Part shown: in pieces, positions 49,368 through 59,238 of the stretch
How the letters are laid out: every line of letters begins with the position of its first letter
Numbering within the stretch: position 1 is the first letter of the stretch
NCBI GenBank assembly: GCA_963786105.1
Contig: CAWAXX010000014.1
Span: 192,001-256,000 of the forward strand
From: Vulcanimicrobiota bacterium
Lineage (GTDB): Bacteria; Vulcanimicrobiota; Vulcanimicrobiia; Vulcanimicrobiales; Vulcanimicrobiaceae
DNA length: 64,000 nucleotides
Reading direction: 5' to 3'
The notes under the pieces: model-generated
The model's input: the letters and a program-made list of their open reading frames with translations, nothing else
The model's database searches: none
What the model was told of the DNA's origin: nothing
Position numbers and translations under genes: made by a program

Positions 49368-49710
49368 GGAGTTTCGGCGTAACTCGGAACGCGCCTGAAG
49401 AGCAGATCTCGATGATTTCCGCGTTGCTGAGCCGCCGAAAGCTCACATTGCAATACTCGAAAGGCTCGCCCGCCTCGGTCGCATCGTAACGCGCCTGCGC
49501 GCCGGGATTGAGTTGCGGCCGCTGCTGTACGGTTTGATTCTTGAAATTCACGCGGTAAACGAGGGATTCGCCAAAAAGAAAAATCTCGCCGCGGCCGTTG
49601 GCGTAACCTCCGTATACAGGCTCGGAGGGCTCTTGAACGATTCGATCCTTCGACTTTCGGCTAACGATGTCGAGGGAGGCAACTGGTGCCGGTGCGGGTG
49701 CGTATAACAT
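49360..49710 (-). CDS. Hypothetical protein
   Basis: 116-aa ORF filling the gap between OPT and PPIase. No motif recognised. Confidence 0.45.
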   Translation of the reverse strand: MLYAPAPAPVASLDIVSRKSKDRIVQEPSEPVYGGYANGRGEIFLFGESLVYRVNFKNQTVQQRPQLNPGAQARYDATEAGEPFEYCNVSFRRLSNAEIIEICSSGAFRVTPKLLS

Positions 49711-49800
49711 GCTACGCCCCCTTAACGTTCGCGAGACGAGAATGGTTGCAAAGGCCGCCGAGAGAGGCCTGTGGAGCCGGGCTGCGCGAATGAATGGCCC

Positions 49801-50466
49801 GTGAAAAGCATCGTTATCGCCTTTTTTTCCCTTTTGGCCGCGATCTCGGCGAGCGGCCCAACGGTCGCCGCCGCGGATCCCGCGCTGTTGACGCCGTCGG
49901 CGCTCAACGCGAAAGCACCGGCTCGCTACGATGTCGCGTTCAAGACGACGGCGGGCGACTTTGAGGTGGCGGTAACCAGGGCGTGGGCTCCGCACGGCGC
50001 CGATCGGTTCTACAATCTCGTGAAGCACGGATTTTTCACGGGCGCCTCCTTTTTCCGCGTGGTTTCTGGGTTCGTCGTTCAGTTCGGACTCAGCCCGAAT
50101 CCGGCGGTGAACAAAGCTTGGAGCGCCGCCAGTATCGCCGACGATGCCGTTACGCAAAGCAATCGTAACGGCTACCTGAGCTTTGCGTCTGCCGGCCCCA
50201 ATACGCGGACCACTCAGGTCTTTATCAACTTGAGCGACAACGCGCGCCTCGACGGCATGGGTTTTGCGCCTTTCGGGAGAGTCGTTTCGGGGACGAACGT
50301 CCTGCGCAAAATTTATTCCACCTACGGCGAGTCGCCCGATCAAACCTCGATCGTTACCCAAGGCAAGGGATATCTCGACAAGAATTTTCCGAAACTCGAT
50401 CGGATCGTTTCCGCCAAGATCGTGTTGGTCGCTTCCGCGCCGCACCCGGCGCCGACGCACCATTAG
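49801..50466 (+). CDS. Secreted cyclophilin-type peptidyl-prolyl isomerase
   Basis: WAPHGADRF, FFRVVSGFVVQFG, RTTQVFINL and FAPFG motifs. Confidence 0.9.
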   Translation: MKSIVIAFFSLLAAISASGPTVAAADPALLTPSALNAKAPARYDVAFKTTAGDFEVAVTRAWAPHGADRFYNLVKHGFFTGASFFRVVSGFVVQFGLSPNPAVNKAWSAASIADDAVTQSNRNGYLSFASAGPNTRTTQVFINLSDNARLDGMGFAPFGRVVSGTNVLRKIYSTYGESPDQTSIVTQGKGYLDKNFPKLDRIVSAKIVLVASAPHPAPTHH

Positions 50467-50480
50467 GACGGTTCCGATTC

Positions 50481-51824
50481 GTGACGAACGCGCAGCGGGC
50501 ATTATTGGCGATCGCACTGAGCCTGACGGCGTGCTCCGGATCCGGCGGCGGATCCGTGCCCGGCCCTGCGAACGCTCCCGGTGTTTCGCCGCCGACGCCT
50601 TCGCCGAAGAAGATCGAGCACGTCGTTGTGATGATCCAAGAGAACCGCAGCTTCGATAATCTCTTTGCCACGTATCCCGGAGCCGACGGTGCGTCTTACG
50701 GAATGCTTCACACGGGGAAGCACTTCAAGCTGGTGAAGGGGACGCTCGCCGGCCAAGATCTCGATCACTTGCATTCCGGATTCGTCACCGAGTACGACGG
50801 CGGCAAGATGGACGGATTCGATCGCATCAGGTTCGGTTCGAGCGGCGCCGGCGGTCTCGCCGGCACGTATCCGCTGCGCTACGTCGATCCCGCTCAGATT
50901 CGGCCCTATTGGGCGATGGCCGAACAGTACGCGCTCGCCGACCACATGTTCCAGACGCAAGGGAGCGGAAGTTTCACCGCCCACCAAGAGCTCATCGCCG
51001 CCGGCACGGCGATCGGTCCGGACAAGAGCCTCATGGATCTTCCGTCGCGAGGGCCGTGGGGGTGCGACGCACCTCCGCAAACGGTGACGTCCTACATCAC
51101 GTCCTCAGGCGGCTTTCACTTCAATCGCGGACCCTTCCCGTGCTTGTCGTATCCGACGTTGAAAGACGTGCTCGACCCCAAAGGCCTCTCGTGGAAATAC
51201 TATACGCCCCCAATCATCCCGGGCGGGAGCGGCTATATTTGGAACGCGTTCGACGCGATCCGCAACGTTCGCTACGGTCCTGACTGGACGTCCGACGTCG
51301 TGTCGCCCGAAACGACGATCTTCAAAGACATAGCGGCGAATAGCCTTCCGGCCGTTTCTTGGGTGATTCCCACCAATCAAAACTCCGATCACGCCTCGCT
51401 CACCGACTACGGACCGTCGTGGGTGGCCTCGGTCGTCAACGCTATCGGCAAGAACGCAAATCTTTGGAATTCGACGGCGATTATCGTCGTGTGGGACGAC
51501 TGGGGCGGTTACTACGATCACGTCGCGCCGCCGCAGCTGGATTATCAGGGGCTCGGCTTTCGCGTTCCGATGCTCGTCATTTCACCGTACGCAAAGAAAG
51601 GCTACGTTTCACATACTCAATACGAGTTCGGCAGCATCGTGCGTTTCGTCGAAGACAACTGGAATCTCGGCCGTCTCGGTGCTACCGACGTGCGCGCCAC
51701 GAGCATTGCCGACGCGTTCGATTTCAGCTCCTCGCCGCGCACGTTCGTACCCATATCGGCACCGCTTCGACAGTCGTTTTTCGAGCGTCAACCCCCATCG
51801 CTCGAACCCGTCGACGATCGCTAG
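50481..51824 (+). CDS. Phosphoesterase / phospholipase C (AcpA/PlcN-like) lipoprotein
   Basis: LTAC lipobox; IEHVVVMIQENRSFDNLF, WDDWGGYYDHV and GFRVP motifs. Confidence 0.88.
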   Translation: MTNAQRALLAIALSLTACSGSGGGSVPGPANAPGVSPPTPSPKKIEHVVVMIQENRSFDNLFATYPGADGASYGMLHTGKHFKLVKGTLAGQDLDHLHSGFVTEYDGGKMDGFDRIRFGSSGAGGLAGTYPLRYVDPAQIRPYWAMAEQYALADHMFQTQGSGSFTAHQELIAAGTAIGPDKSLMDLPSRGPWGCDAPPQTVTSYITSSGGFHFNRGPFPCLSYPTLKDVLDPKGLSWKYYTPPIIPGGSGYIWNAFDAIRNVRYGPDWTSDVVSPETTIFKDIAANSLPAVSWVIPTNQNSDHASLTDYGPSWVASVVNAIGKNANLWNSTAIIVVWDDWGGYYDHVAPPQLDYQGLGFRVPMLVISPYAKKGYVSHTQYEFGSIVRFVEDNWNLGRLGATDVRATSIADAFDFSSSPRTFVPISAPLRQSFFERQPPSLEPVDDR

Positions 51825-51846
51825 CTCTCCCGCCCCGCCTTAAGGC

Positions 51847-53211
51847 TCATTCGGTGTCGACCGGCTGATACGACGAACGCCGATGCTGGAAGTACGATTG
51901 CGGAAGCGCTGCGGGTATAGGCTGAAACGTCCGCGGGGGTTGCGTGAAATCGAAAACGTCGCCGATGCTCTTGGCTCGCACGTCGGTCGACCCAATCGGC
52001 GCGAGGTGCCAGTTTTCTTCCACGAACTTTAGAATGCTGCCGAACTCGTATTGAGTATGCGAGACGTAGCCTTTCTTTGCGTACGCCGAGACGACGAGCA
52101 TTGGAACGCGAAAGCCGAGGCCCTGATAATCCAGCTGCGGCGGCGCGACGTGATCGTAGAATCCCCCCCAATCGTCCCACACGACGATAATCGCCGTCGA
52201 ATTCCAAAGCTTCGGGTTCTTGCCGACGGCATTGACCACCGACGCTACCCACGAGGGTCCGCCGGTGACGACGCGTCCTGGATGGTCCGAATTCGGAAAA
52301 TCCGGAATCAACCAAGATACGGGCGGCAGACTGCCGCTCGAAATGTCTTTGTAGACGGTCGTTTCCGGCGACGAGATGTTAGCCGTCCACTCGGGCCCAT
52401 GGCGGACGGCGTCGATGGCGTCGAAGGCGCTCCACAAGCGGCCGAACGTGGGAAACGGCGGGACGTAGTATTTCCACGCAACGCCGCCGCCATCGAGCGA
52501 GTCGCGCAACGTGCGATAGTGCAAACACGGAAACGGTCCCTTGCCCGGGAGGAATTGGTGGTCGCTGGTTATGAGCGACGTGACGGTGCGTTTCGGGGCA
52601 TCGCATCCCCAAATCGCGCTGGTCGGATAGTTGACGAGACTTTGGGTCGAGTTGATCGCGGTGCCGCCCGCGATGAGATCCTGATGGCCGATGAAACTGC
52701 CGCTGCTTTGCGTTTCGAACATGTGATCCGCGAGTACGTACTGCTGGGCGATCGTCCAGTACGGTTGAATGTCGGACGGATTGACGTACTGGTATGCGTA
52801 GACGCCGGCCGGCGGGCCTCCGCCCCACGCCCCAAGATGGATTTCGTCGAACCCGTCCATCTTGCCGTGGTCGTATTCGATTTGAAATCCTTGCCAGGTG
52901 TGATCCAAGTCGAAAGAGATGAGACCGACTTTTTTGAGCGGGACGGTGCCGCCGTCGTGCGTTTTTCCGGTGGTCGTGCCGTCGGCGCCGGGATACGTTG
53001 CAAAGAAGTTATCGAAACTCCGGTTTTCTTGAACCATGATAATGACGTGCTTGATGTATCGAGGACCGGGCGCCGAGGTCGGCGTTGGAGTCGGGTTCGC
53101 GCCGCCGCCCGACGGCAACGAGCCGCCCGAGCCGCCCGATCCTCCGCCCGAACACGCGGCCAAAGAGATAACGACAAGAACCATCGCCGCGAGAAGATTT
53201 CGGTGCATCAT
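51847..53211 (-). CDS. Phosphoesterase / phospholipase C lipoprotein, convergent paralogue
   Basis: LAAC lipobox; IKHVIIMVQENRSFDNFF and WDDWGGFYDHV motifs. Confidence 0.88.
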   Translation of the reverse strand: MMHRNLLAAMVLVVISLAACSGGGSGGSGGSLPSGGGANPTPTPTSAPGPRYIKHVIIMVQENRSFDNFFATYPGADGTTTGKTHDGGTVPLKKVGLISFDLDHTWQGFQIEYDHGKMDGFDEIHLGAWGGGPPAGVYAYQYVNPSDIQPYWTIAQQYVLADHMFETQSSGSFIGHQDLIAGGTAINSTQSLVNYPTSAIWGCDAPKRTVTSLITSDHQFLPGKGPFPCLHYRTLRDSLDGGGVAWKYYVPPFPTFGRLWSAFDAIDAVRHGPEWTANISSPETTVYKDISSGSLPPVSWLIPDFPNSDHPGRVVTGGPSWVASVVNAVGKNPKLWNSTAIIVVWDDWGGFYDHVAPPQLDYQGLGFRVPMLVVSAYAKKGYVSHTQYEFGSILKFVEENWHLAPIGSTDVRAKSIGDVFDFTQPPRTFQPIPAALPQSYFQHRRSSYQPVDTE

Positions 53212-53311
53212 CACCGCAGAGATACCGTCCGGGTCGCATCGCTTCCCTCTGCGAGTGTGGCGGCGTCGCGATTCTCGCCCATAAATTGCCGGAAATGAGA
53301 CTGGAGTTATC

Positions 53312-54136
53312 GTGAATAGGAACGGAAATGAGGCCTTCTCGACGTTTCGCGCGCTGCACGCCGGAGATCGAGTTTTGGTCCTTCTCAACGCGTGGGATGC
53401 GGCCTCCGCTGCATTGTTCGCGGCCGCAGGATCTCAAGCCGTTGCAACCAGCAGCGCTGGGCTCGCCTGGTCGTGCGGCTACGCCGACGGGAACGCTTTG
53501 CCGCATTCGGCCCTTTTGTCGGTGGTCGGCTCGATCCGCGCCGTCGTTCCGCATCTGCCTTTGACGGTCGACGTCGAAGGCGGATACTCCGACGAAGCCG
53601 GCGACGTGGCGAGTCTGGTCGTCCGGCTCTACCACCTCGGCGTTGCCGGTATCAATATCGAAGATGGCGCCGGTACGCCGGAACTTCTCGCCGCAAAAAT
53701 TGCCGCCGTAAAGCAGCGCGTGCGCGCGGAGGGCGGCGACCTCTTCGTGAACGCGCGCACCGACGTGTTCCTGCGCGACCTCGCCTCCGGCGACGGCGCC
53801 GTGCGCGAGACGATCTCGCGCGCCGAACGATACGCGCAAGCCGGCGCGGATGGGATCTTCGTCCCCGAACTAGGCGATCGCGAGGCCATCGGCCGCATCG
53901 CCGGTGCGCTCGAGCGTCCACTCAATCTCATGGCCGTGCCCGGCCTTCCGCCCGTTCCAGAGCTCTACGACCTTGGAGTACGGCGTTTGAGTGCGGGGGC
54001 TTCGCTCGCCAAACTTGCGTACGGCTCGGCGGTCGACGCCGCCCAAGCACTTCTGCGGGACGGCAACTCCGACGTGCTGTTCTCGGTGCCTAGCGTGGAC
54101 TACGGCGAAACCAACGCCTTGCTGCGCGGCGCCTGA
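53312..54136 (+). CDS. Isocitrate lyase/PEP mutase family protein
   Basis: NAWDAASA, DVEGGY, GINIED, NARTD and AGADGIFVP motifs. Confidence 0.88.
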   Translation: MNRNGNEAFSTFRALHAGDRVLVLLNAWDAASAALFAAAGSQAVATSSAGLAWSCGYADGNALPHSALLSVVGSIRAVVPHLPLTVDVEGGYSDEAGDVASLVVRLYHLGVAGINIEDGAGTPELLAAKIAAVKQRVRAEGGDLFVNARTDVFLRDLASGDGAVRETISRAERYAQAGADGIFVPELGDREAIGRIAGALERPLNLMAVPGLPPVPELYDLGVRRLSAGASLAKLAYGSAVDAAQALLRDGNSDVLFSVPSVDYGETNALLRGA

Positions 54137-54160
54137 GCGCGGGACGAGCGCGGTCGATCG

Positions 54161-54187
54161 TGTCGATTTTGGGTATCGCCATTCGAC
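54161..54187 (+). promoter_or_regulatory. Putative ECF42-type promoter
   Basis: TGTCGA-N17-CGAC directly upstream of the DGPF gene and sigma factor. Matches my recollection of the ECF42 consensus. Confidence 0.6.
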
Positions 54188-54226
54188 GTTTGAATATACG
54201 AGCCAACCAACCAAGGAGAAACGTTT

Positions 54227-54643
54227 GTGCGATTTATAGCGATGGTCAAAGCGACCCCCGAATCTGAAGCGGGCGTGCTTCCTACCGAGGAGCAGCTTAC
54301 GGAGATGGGCCGCTTCAACGAAACGATGGTTAAAGCGGGCGTGATGCTGGCGGGCGAAGGGCTGCAGGCTAGTTCGAAGGGAGCGCGAGTCAGGTTCTCC
54401 GGAGGAAAACCGACGGTGACCGATGGTCCCTTCACCGAATCAAAGGAGCTCATCGCCGGCTTCTGGCTGATTCAGGCGAAGTCGAAGGAGGAAGCCGTCG
54501 AGTGGATCTCCCGCGCTCCCTTCGTCGACGGCGAAGTAGAGATTCGTCAGGTATTCGAGGCCGACGACTTTGGCGACGCGCTCACTCCCGAACTACGCGA
54601 TGCAGAACGACGGCTGCGCGAACGAAGCGAAGCGAAATCGTAG
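54227..54643 (+). CDS. YciI/DGPF-domain protein
   Basis: TDGPFTESKELIAGFW. Confidence 0.9.
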   Translation: MRFIAMVKATPESEAGVLPTEEQLTEMGRFNETMVKAGVMLAGEGLQASSKGARVRFSGGKPTVTDGPFTESKELIAGFWLIQAKSKEEAVEWISRAPFVDGEVEIRQVFEADDFGDALTPELRDAERRLRERSEAKS

Positions 54644-54665
54644 CGCCGCGCCGCTCGCAACGAAC

Positions 54666-55916
54666 GTGACCGGCGCCGATACTCAGCGCACGATCGAGGC
54701 CGTGTGGAGGATCGAGGCGCCGAGGCTCATCGCCGGACTCGCGCGGGTCGTACGCGACGTCGGTCTCGCTGAGGAACTCGCGCAAGATGCCTTCGTGGCG
54801 GCGCTCGAACGGTGGCCGTCGGCCGGCGTTCCGCGCAACCCGGCCGCATGGCTGGCCGCCACGGCGAAACATCGCGCCATCGATCGCTTGCGGCGAAATG
54901 CGCGGCTCGAGCGCAAGTACGAGGCGCTGGCACGCGACCTGGAGACGCGGCCGAACGACGACGAGCCCGATTTTGACGACGACATCGATGACGATCTCCT
55001 TCGTCTCATGTTCGTCGCGTGTCATCCGGTACTGTCGACGGAAGGACGCGTGGCGCTAACGCTCCGCCTGCTCGGGGGCTTGACGACGCCGGAAATCGCG
55101 CGCGCGTTTCTCGTCTCGGAAGCGACGGTAGCGCAACGCATCGTCCGAGCGAAACGAACGCTCGCCGCGGCCCGCGTTCCATTTGAAGCGCCTGCCGGCA
55201 GCGAACGCGCGCCACGTCTCGCATCGGTACTCGAAGTCATCTACCTGATTTTCAATGAGGGTTATTCGGCGACGGCCGGCGAGGATTGGCTGCGACCCGC
55301 GCTCTGTGAAGATGCATTGAGGTTAGGGCGCGTCCTCGCCGAACTGGCTCCGCGAGAAGCGGAAGTACACGGCCTGGTCGCACTCATGGAAATACAAGCG
55401 TCGCGGCTGCGCGCGCGCATCGGCTTGGCCGGCCGGCCGATCCTGCTCCTCGACCAGGATCGGCGGCGTTGGGATCAGCTCCTCATTCGCCGCGGCTTCG
55501 TTGCGCTGGAACGGACAGAGAATCTGGGGACGGCGCTCGGTCCGTACGCGCTGCAGGCGGCGATTGCAGCCTGTCACGCGCGAGCGCAAACGCCGGCCGA
55601 AACCGACTGGGGGCGCATCGTAGCGCTCTACGACGCGCTTGCGCAAATCGCGCCGTCGGCGGTGGTGGAGTTGAATCGCGCGATCGCGATTTCGATGGCG
55701 TTCGGACCGGCCGCGGCTCTCGAGCTCGTCGATGCGTTGAAAGCCGAGCCGGCCATGCAAACGTATCATCTCTTGCCGAGCGCCCGTGCCGACCTGCTCG
55801 CCAAGCTCGGGCGTTACGACGAAGCTCGGTCCGAATTCGAACGCGCGGCGGGCTTGACGCGCAACGCTCGCGAGCGCGAGTTGCTGCTGCAGCGCGCCGC
55901 AGCTTTAGCGAAATAA
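54666..55916 (+). CDS. ECF sigma factor with C-terminal TPR-like extension (ECF42-type)
   Basis: AEELAQDA, LMFVACHP, QRIVRAK, YLIFNEGY and LQAAIAACH motifs. Adjacent to a DGPF gene. Confidence 0.88.
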   Translation: MTGADTQRTIEAVWRIEAPRLIAGLARVVRDVGLAEELAQDAFVAALERWPSAGVPRNPAAWLAATAKHRAIDRLRRNARLERKYEALARDLETRPNDDEPDFDDDIDDDLLRLMFVACHPVLSTEGRVALTLRLLGGLTTPEIARAFLVSEATVAQRIVRAKRTLAAARVPFEAPAGSERAPRLASVLEVIYLIFNEGYSATAGEDWLRPALCEDALRLGRVLAELAPREAEVHGLVALMEIQASRLRARIGLAGRPILLLDQDRRRWDQLLIRRGFVALERTENLGTALGPYALQAAIAACHARAQTPAETDWGRIVALYDALAQIAPSAVVELNRAIAISMAFGPAAALELVDALKAEPAMQTYHLLPSARADLLAKLGRYDEARSEFERAAGLTRNARERELLLQRAAALAK

Positions 55917-58229
55917 CGATTCAGCGGGCGCGAGCATCGTTTCGACGTGGAGCGTGTCGCCGTTGGTTGCGAGCGTGATGGCGCCCATTTGATCGGTCCG
56001 ATAGATACGGGCACCGGCGCGTCGCAGTGCGACCAGCGTTTGCGAGGCGGGGTGTCCAAATAGGTTGTGGCGCCCCACCGAAATGAAGGCGTAGCGCGGG
56101 TGTACGGCCGCTAGGAAAGCCGGCGAAGAACTGTATGCCGAACCGTGGTGGCCTACTTTTAGAACGTCGCACTGAAGATCGTCGCTCCCCCCGAGGAATC
56201 GCGACTCGGCGGTGGCGCCGGCGTCGCCCGTGAAGAGCATGCAGAACGAGCGGTAGCGTAAGATGAACGCCACCGAATTCTCGTTGATATCGTTGCGCGA
56301 GTTCGCGATGAAGGGCACGGACGGCCCGAGGAAATGGAGCGACACGCCGTCATCCAGACGCCACTCGGATCCGGCGCGCGGATAGACGATCGGTATCCCC
56401 TGCACGTGCGCGGTGTCGACGGCGTCTCGATAGGCATGTCCACCGTACCGTTGTCCGCTGTCGGCGATCTCGGCGACTCCTAGCCTGCGCAACACCGGCG
56501 CCACCCCGCCCGCGTGATCTCCGTGCGGGTGCGAAATAACCACGGCGTCGAGACGATGAACGCCGTTACGTAAAAGAAACGGCACGACGATGCGGTCGCC
56601 GATCGATTCCGCGCTGGAGTCGTTGCCCTGGTTGCCGCGTTCCAGCCTGCCTCCCGCATCGACGAGAAACGCATGCCCAGCCGGCGTTTGGACGACGATG
56701 GAATCGGCTTGGCCAACGTCGAGCATCGTGATGCGCAGGCGGCCGTCGACGAACCGGGGCGGCAGGATGACGAATCCGGCGGCAAGCACCAGCGCGGCAA
56801 CGGCGGCGGTGCGCCCGCCGCGTCGCCAGAGCAGCGGCGCGGCGGCGAGCGCGGCGTCGTATCCAACGATCGACCACGCCGGTGCCGGCGTCATCGCGAT
56901 CCGGGCTTCCGGTAAAGCCGCCAGCGTTTGCACGACGCCCAGCATCCACGCGAGCAGCCACGAATTGAGGTTCGCGATGCCTTGCGCCAGCGGCGCCGAC
57001 CATGCTATGGCGAGCTGCGCCGCGCCCAGCGCCATGGTGGCGGCGACGCACGGGACCACGGCGAGATTGGCGAGCACCGCGTACGGTGCGAACTGCAGGA
57101 AGACGGCTGCCGTGAGCGGCCAGGTGCCGGACTGCGTTGCCAGCGAGAGAACGAGCGATTCACGAACGGCGGCGGGAAGCGCGACGCGTTCCTCGATCCA
57201 GCGTTCGAGCGGTCCCGCGCACGCGAAGATCGCTCCCACGCAGGAAAACGACAGGGCGAACGAAGCCGAGGCAACGGTCTCGGGCCGTTCGAACGAAACG
57301 GCGATCGCCGCGATTGCGAGCGCATTCCACGAGAAGCTCGCGCGCCCGTAGGCGCGCGCGGCGAGCGCCGCCGTGGCCATCGACGCCGCGCGCATTGCCG
57401 GCAGCTGCGCCCCGCTCCACCAAACGAAGATCCATACCGCGGCGGCGGCGAGCACGCACCCCGTCACGCGCGGCAGCGCGAACGGCCGGAGGATCGCGAG
57501 CGCGACGGCTACCACGGCGCCGACGTGCAGACCCGCGGTGATCAAGACATGCACCGTGCCGGTTTCCTGAAACTCGGCGCGCAGGTCGGGCGGAAGTGAC
57601 GAACGTTCGCCCCATAGTTCGCCGGCTACGACGGATGCGAAGGGTTCGCCGAGACGGACGGCGAGCTGCGCGTGAGCCCATTCATGCGCTCTCGGTAACC
57701 ACGTACGCGGATCCCAGGGTGAACCGGGAGTCGTCGACAGTACGGTTGCAGTTTCGAGTTGCGCGTCTATGCCGCGGTCGTGCTGGATTTCGCGCTCGCT
57801 CGGCTCGCCGGGATTGCGCGCGTCGTCGAACGGTGCCAGCCGGCCGCGCACCACGACGCCGGAACCGATCGCAGGCAGATCGCCGCGCGTGCGTGCGAGA
57901 ACGTGCAGGTCGCCGGGAACGAGCCCGACGACGAGACCGGATTCCGATCGTTCGAGTATCGTGCCGAAATACGACGCGGTGCGCCGTTCGGCCACGTGCG
58001 GCTGACTGCGTTGACGGACTTCGGCATTCGTGGCGCCGGCAACCAGGGCCGCCATCAAGATCGCGCGAAACTGGCGAGGCCTACACGAGCCGGAGAACGC
58101 AAAGGCGCACAGCGCCGTTAGACCGGCTCCGACGGTCACGCGGGCGTCGAGCGGGAGCGTCTGTGCCGTCGCCGCAAGGGTGCCCAGCACCGCGGCAGCC
58201 GAACAGAGGATCAGCGCGAAGGGCGGCAT
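55905..58229 (-). CDS. comEC: DNA internalization competence protein ComEC/Rec2
   Basis: RNPG, HVLITAGLHV, LDVGQAD, SHPHGDH and KVGHHGS motifs. Confidence 0.92.
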   Translation of the reverse strand: MPPFALILCSAAAVLGTLAATAQTLPLDARVTVGAGLTALCAFAFSGSCRPRQFRAILMAALVAGATNAEVRQRSQPHVAERRTASYFGTILERSESGLVVGLVPGDLHVLARTRGDLPAIGSGVVVRGRLAPFDDARNPGEPSEREIQHDRGIDAQLETATVLSTTPGSPWDPRTWLPRAHEWAHAQLAVRLGEPFASVVAGELWGERSSLPPDLRAEFQETGTVHVLITAGLHVGAVVAVALAILRPFALPRVTGCVLAAAAVWIFVWWSGAQLPAMRAASMATAALAARAYGRASFSWNALAIAAIAVSFERPETVASASFALSFSCVGAIFACAGPLERWIEERVALPAAVRESLVLSLATQSGTWPLTAAVFLQFAPYAVLANLAVVPCVAATMALGAAQLAIAWSAPLAQGIANLNSWLLAWMLGVVQTLAALPEARIAMTPAPAWSIVGYDAALAAAPLLWRRGGRTAAVAALVLAAGFVILPPRFVDGRLRITMLDVGQADSIVVQTPAGHAFLVDAGGRLERGNQGNDSSAESIGDRIVVPFLLRNGVHRLDAVVISHPHGDHAGGVAPVLRRLGVAEIADSGQRYGGHAYRDAVDTAHVQGIPIVYPRAGSEWRLDDGVSLHFLGPSVPFIANSRNDINENSVAFILRYRSFCMLFTGDAGATAESRFLGGSDDLQCDVLKVGHHGSAYSSSPAFLAAVHPRYAFISVGRHNLFGHPASQTLVALRRAGARIYRTDQMGAITLATNGDTLHVETMLAPAESLFR

Positions 58230-58276
58230 CGGCCTCCTTCTGCGACGTTACGCGGCTTTCGAAAGGAGATCGGATT

Positions 58277-59206
58277 CTGCGCATTATCGTGACCGGCGGT
58301 GCCGGCTTCATCGGATCGCACGTGGTCGACGCGTATTTGGCCGAAGGTCACGAGGTGCGCGTGATCGATTCGCTTTGGGAACACGGCGGAGGCCGTCGCG
58401 CAAACGTTGCCGAGCGCGCGAGCTTCATCCACATGGATATCCGCGATGAGAACCTTAGCCGGATCTTCGCAGAGTTCAAACCCGAGATCGTGAGTCATCA
58501 CGCCGCGCAGCATTCGGTCGCGATCTCGTCGCGCGACCCGATGTACGACGCCCAGGTTAACGTCATAGGCCTGCTCAACGTTCTGGAGAACGCGGCAAAG
58601 AGCGGCGTTCGCAAAGTGATCTTCGCGTCGAGCGGCGCGACCTTCGGTAATCCGGATCGTCTGCCCATTACCGACGATATGGCGCAGAGGCCGACGTCCC
58701 CGTACGGCATCACGAAGATGGTTGCCGAACACTACCTTCGTTTTTACCGAAACGAGCGAAATCTCGAATTCACCGCGCTGCGCTACGGCAACGTTTTTGG
58801 TCCCCGCCAGGATCCCAACGGCGAAGCCGGCGTCATCGCGATTTTCGCGGCGGCATTTCTGCGCCGCGACGGCGTGCGGATCGATTGGGACGGCGAGCAG
58901 ACGCGCGACTACGTTTACGTCGCCGACGTCGCGCGCGCGAACGTCGCCGCGCTCGACCGCGGCTCGGGCAACTGCTACGTGATCGGTACCGGGGTCAAGA
59001 CGAGCGTCAACGCCATCTATCGTGCCTTAGTAGACGTAAGCGGATTCGAAGCACCGGTCACTGCGGCCCCGCGGCGTACCGGCGATGCGCGCGACGCGCA
59101 GTTCGATTCGACGGGCGCTCGCCGCGATCTCGCATGGGCACCGTCAACCTCCTTCCTCGACGGCTTGCGAGCGACGTACGAATACTTCAAGAAGGCCGCA
59201 CGGTAG
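58277..59206 (+). CDS. NAD-dependent epimerase/dehydratase (GalE-like)
   Basis: RIIVTGGAGFIGS, YGITK, RYGNVFGPRQ and TRDYVYV motifs. Probable CTG start 8 nt after AAAGGAG. Confidence 0.9.
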   Translation: MRIIVTGGAGFIGSHVVDAYLAEGHEVRVIDSLWEHGGGRRANVAERASFIHMDIRDENLSRIFAEFKPEIVSHHAAQHSVAISSRDPMYDAQVNVIGLLNVLENAAKSGVRKVIFASSGATFGNPDRLPITDDMAQRPTSPYGITKMVAEHYLRFYRNERNLEFTALRYGNVFGPRQDPNGEAGVIAIFAAAFLRRDGVRIDWDGEQTRDYVYVADVARANVAALDRGSGNCYVIGTGVKTSVNAIYRALVDVSGFEAPVTAAPRRTGDARDAQFDSTGARRDLAWAPSTSFLDGLRATYEYFKKAAR

Positions 59207-59238
59207 GAGACGCGCGTTCTAGCGAGCCCGCGAGTCGA

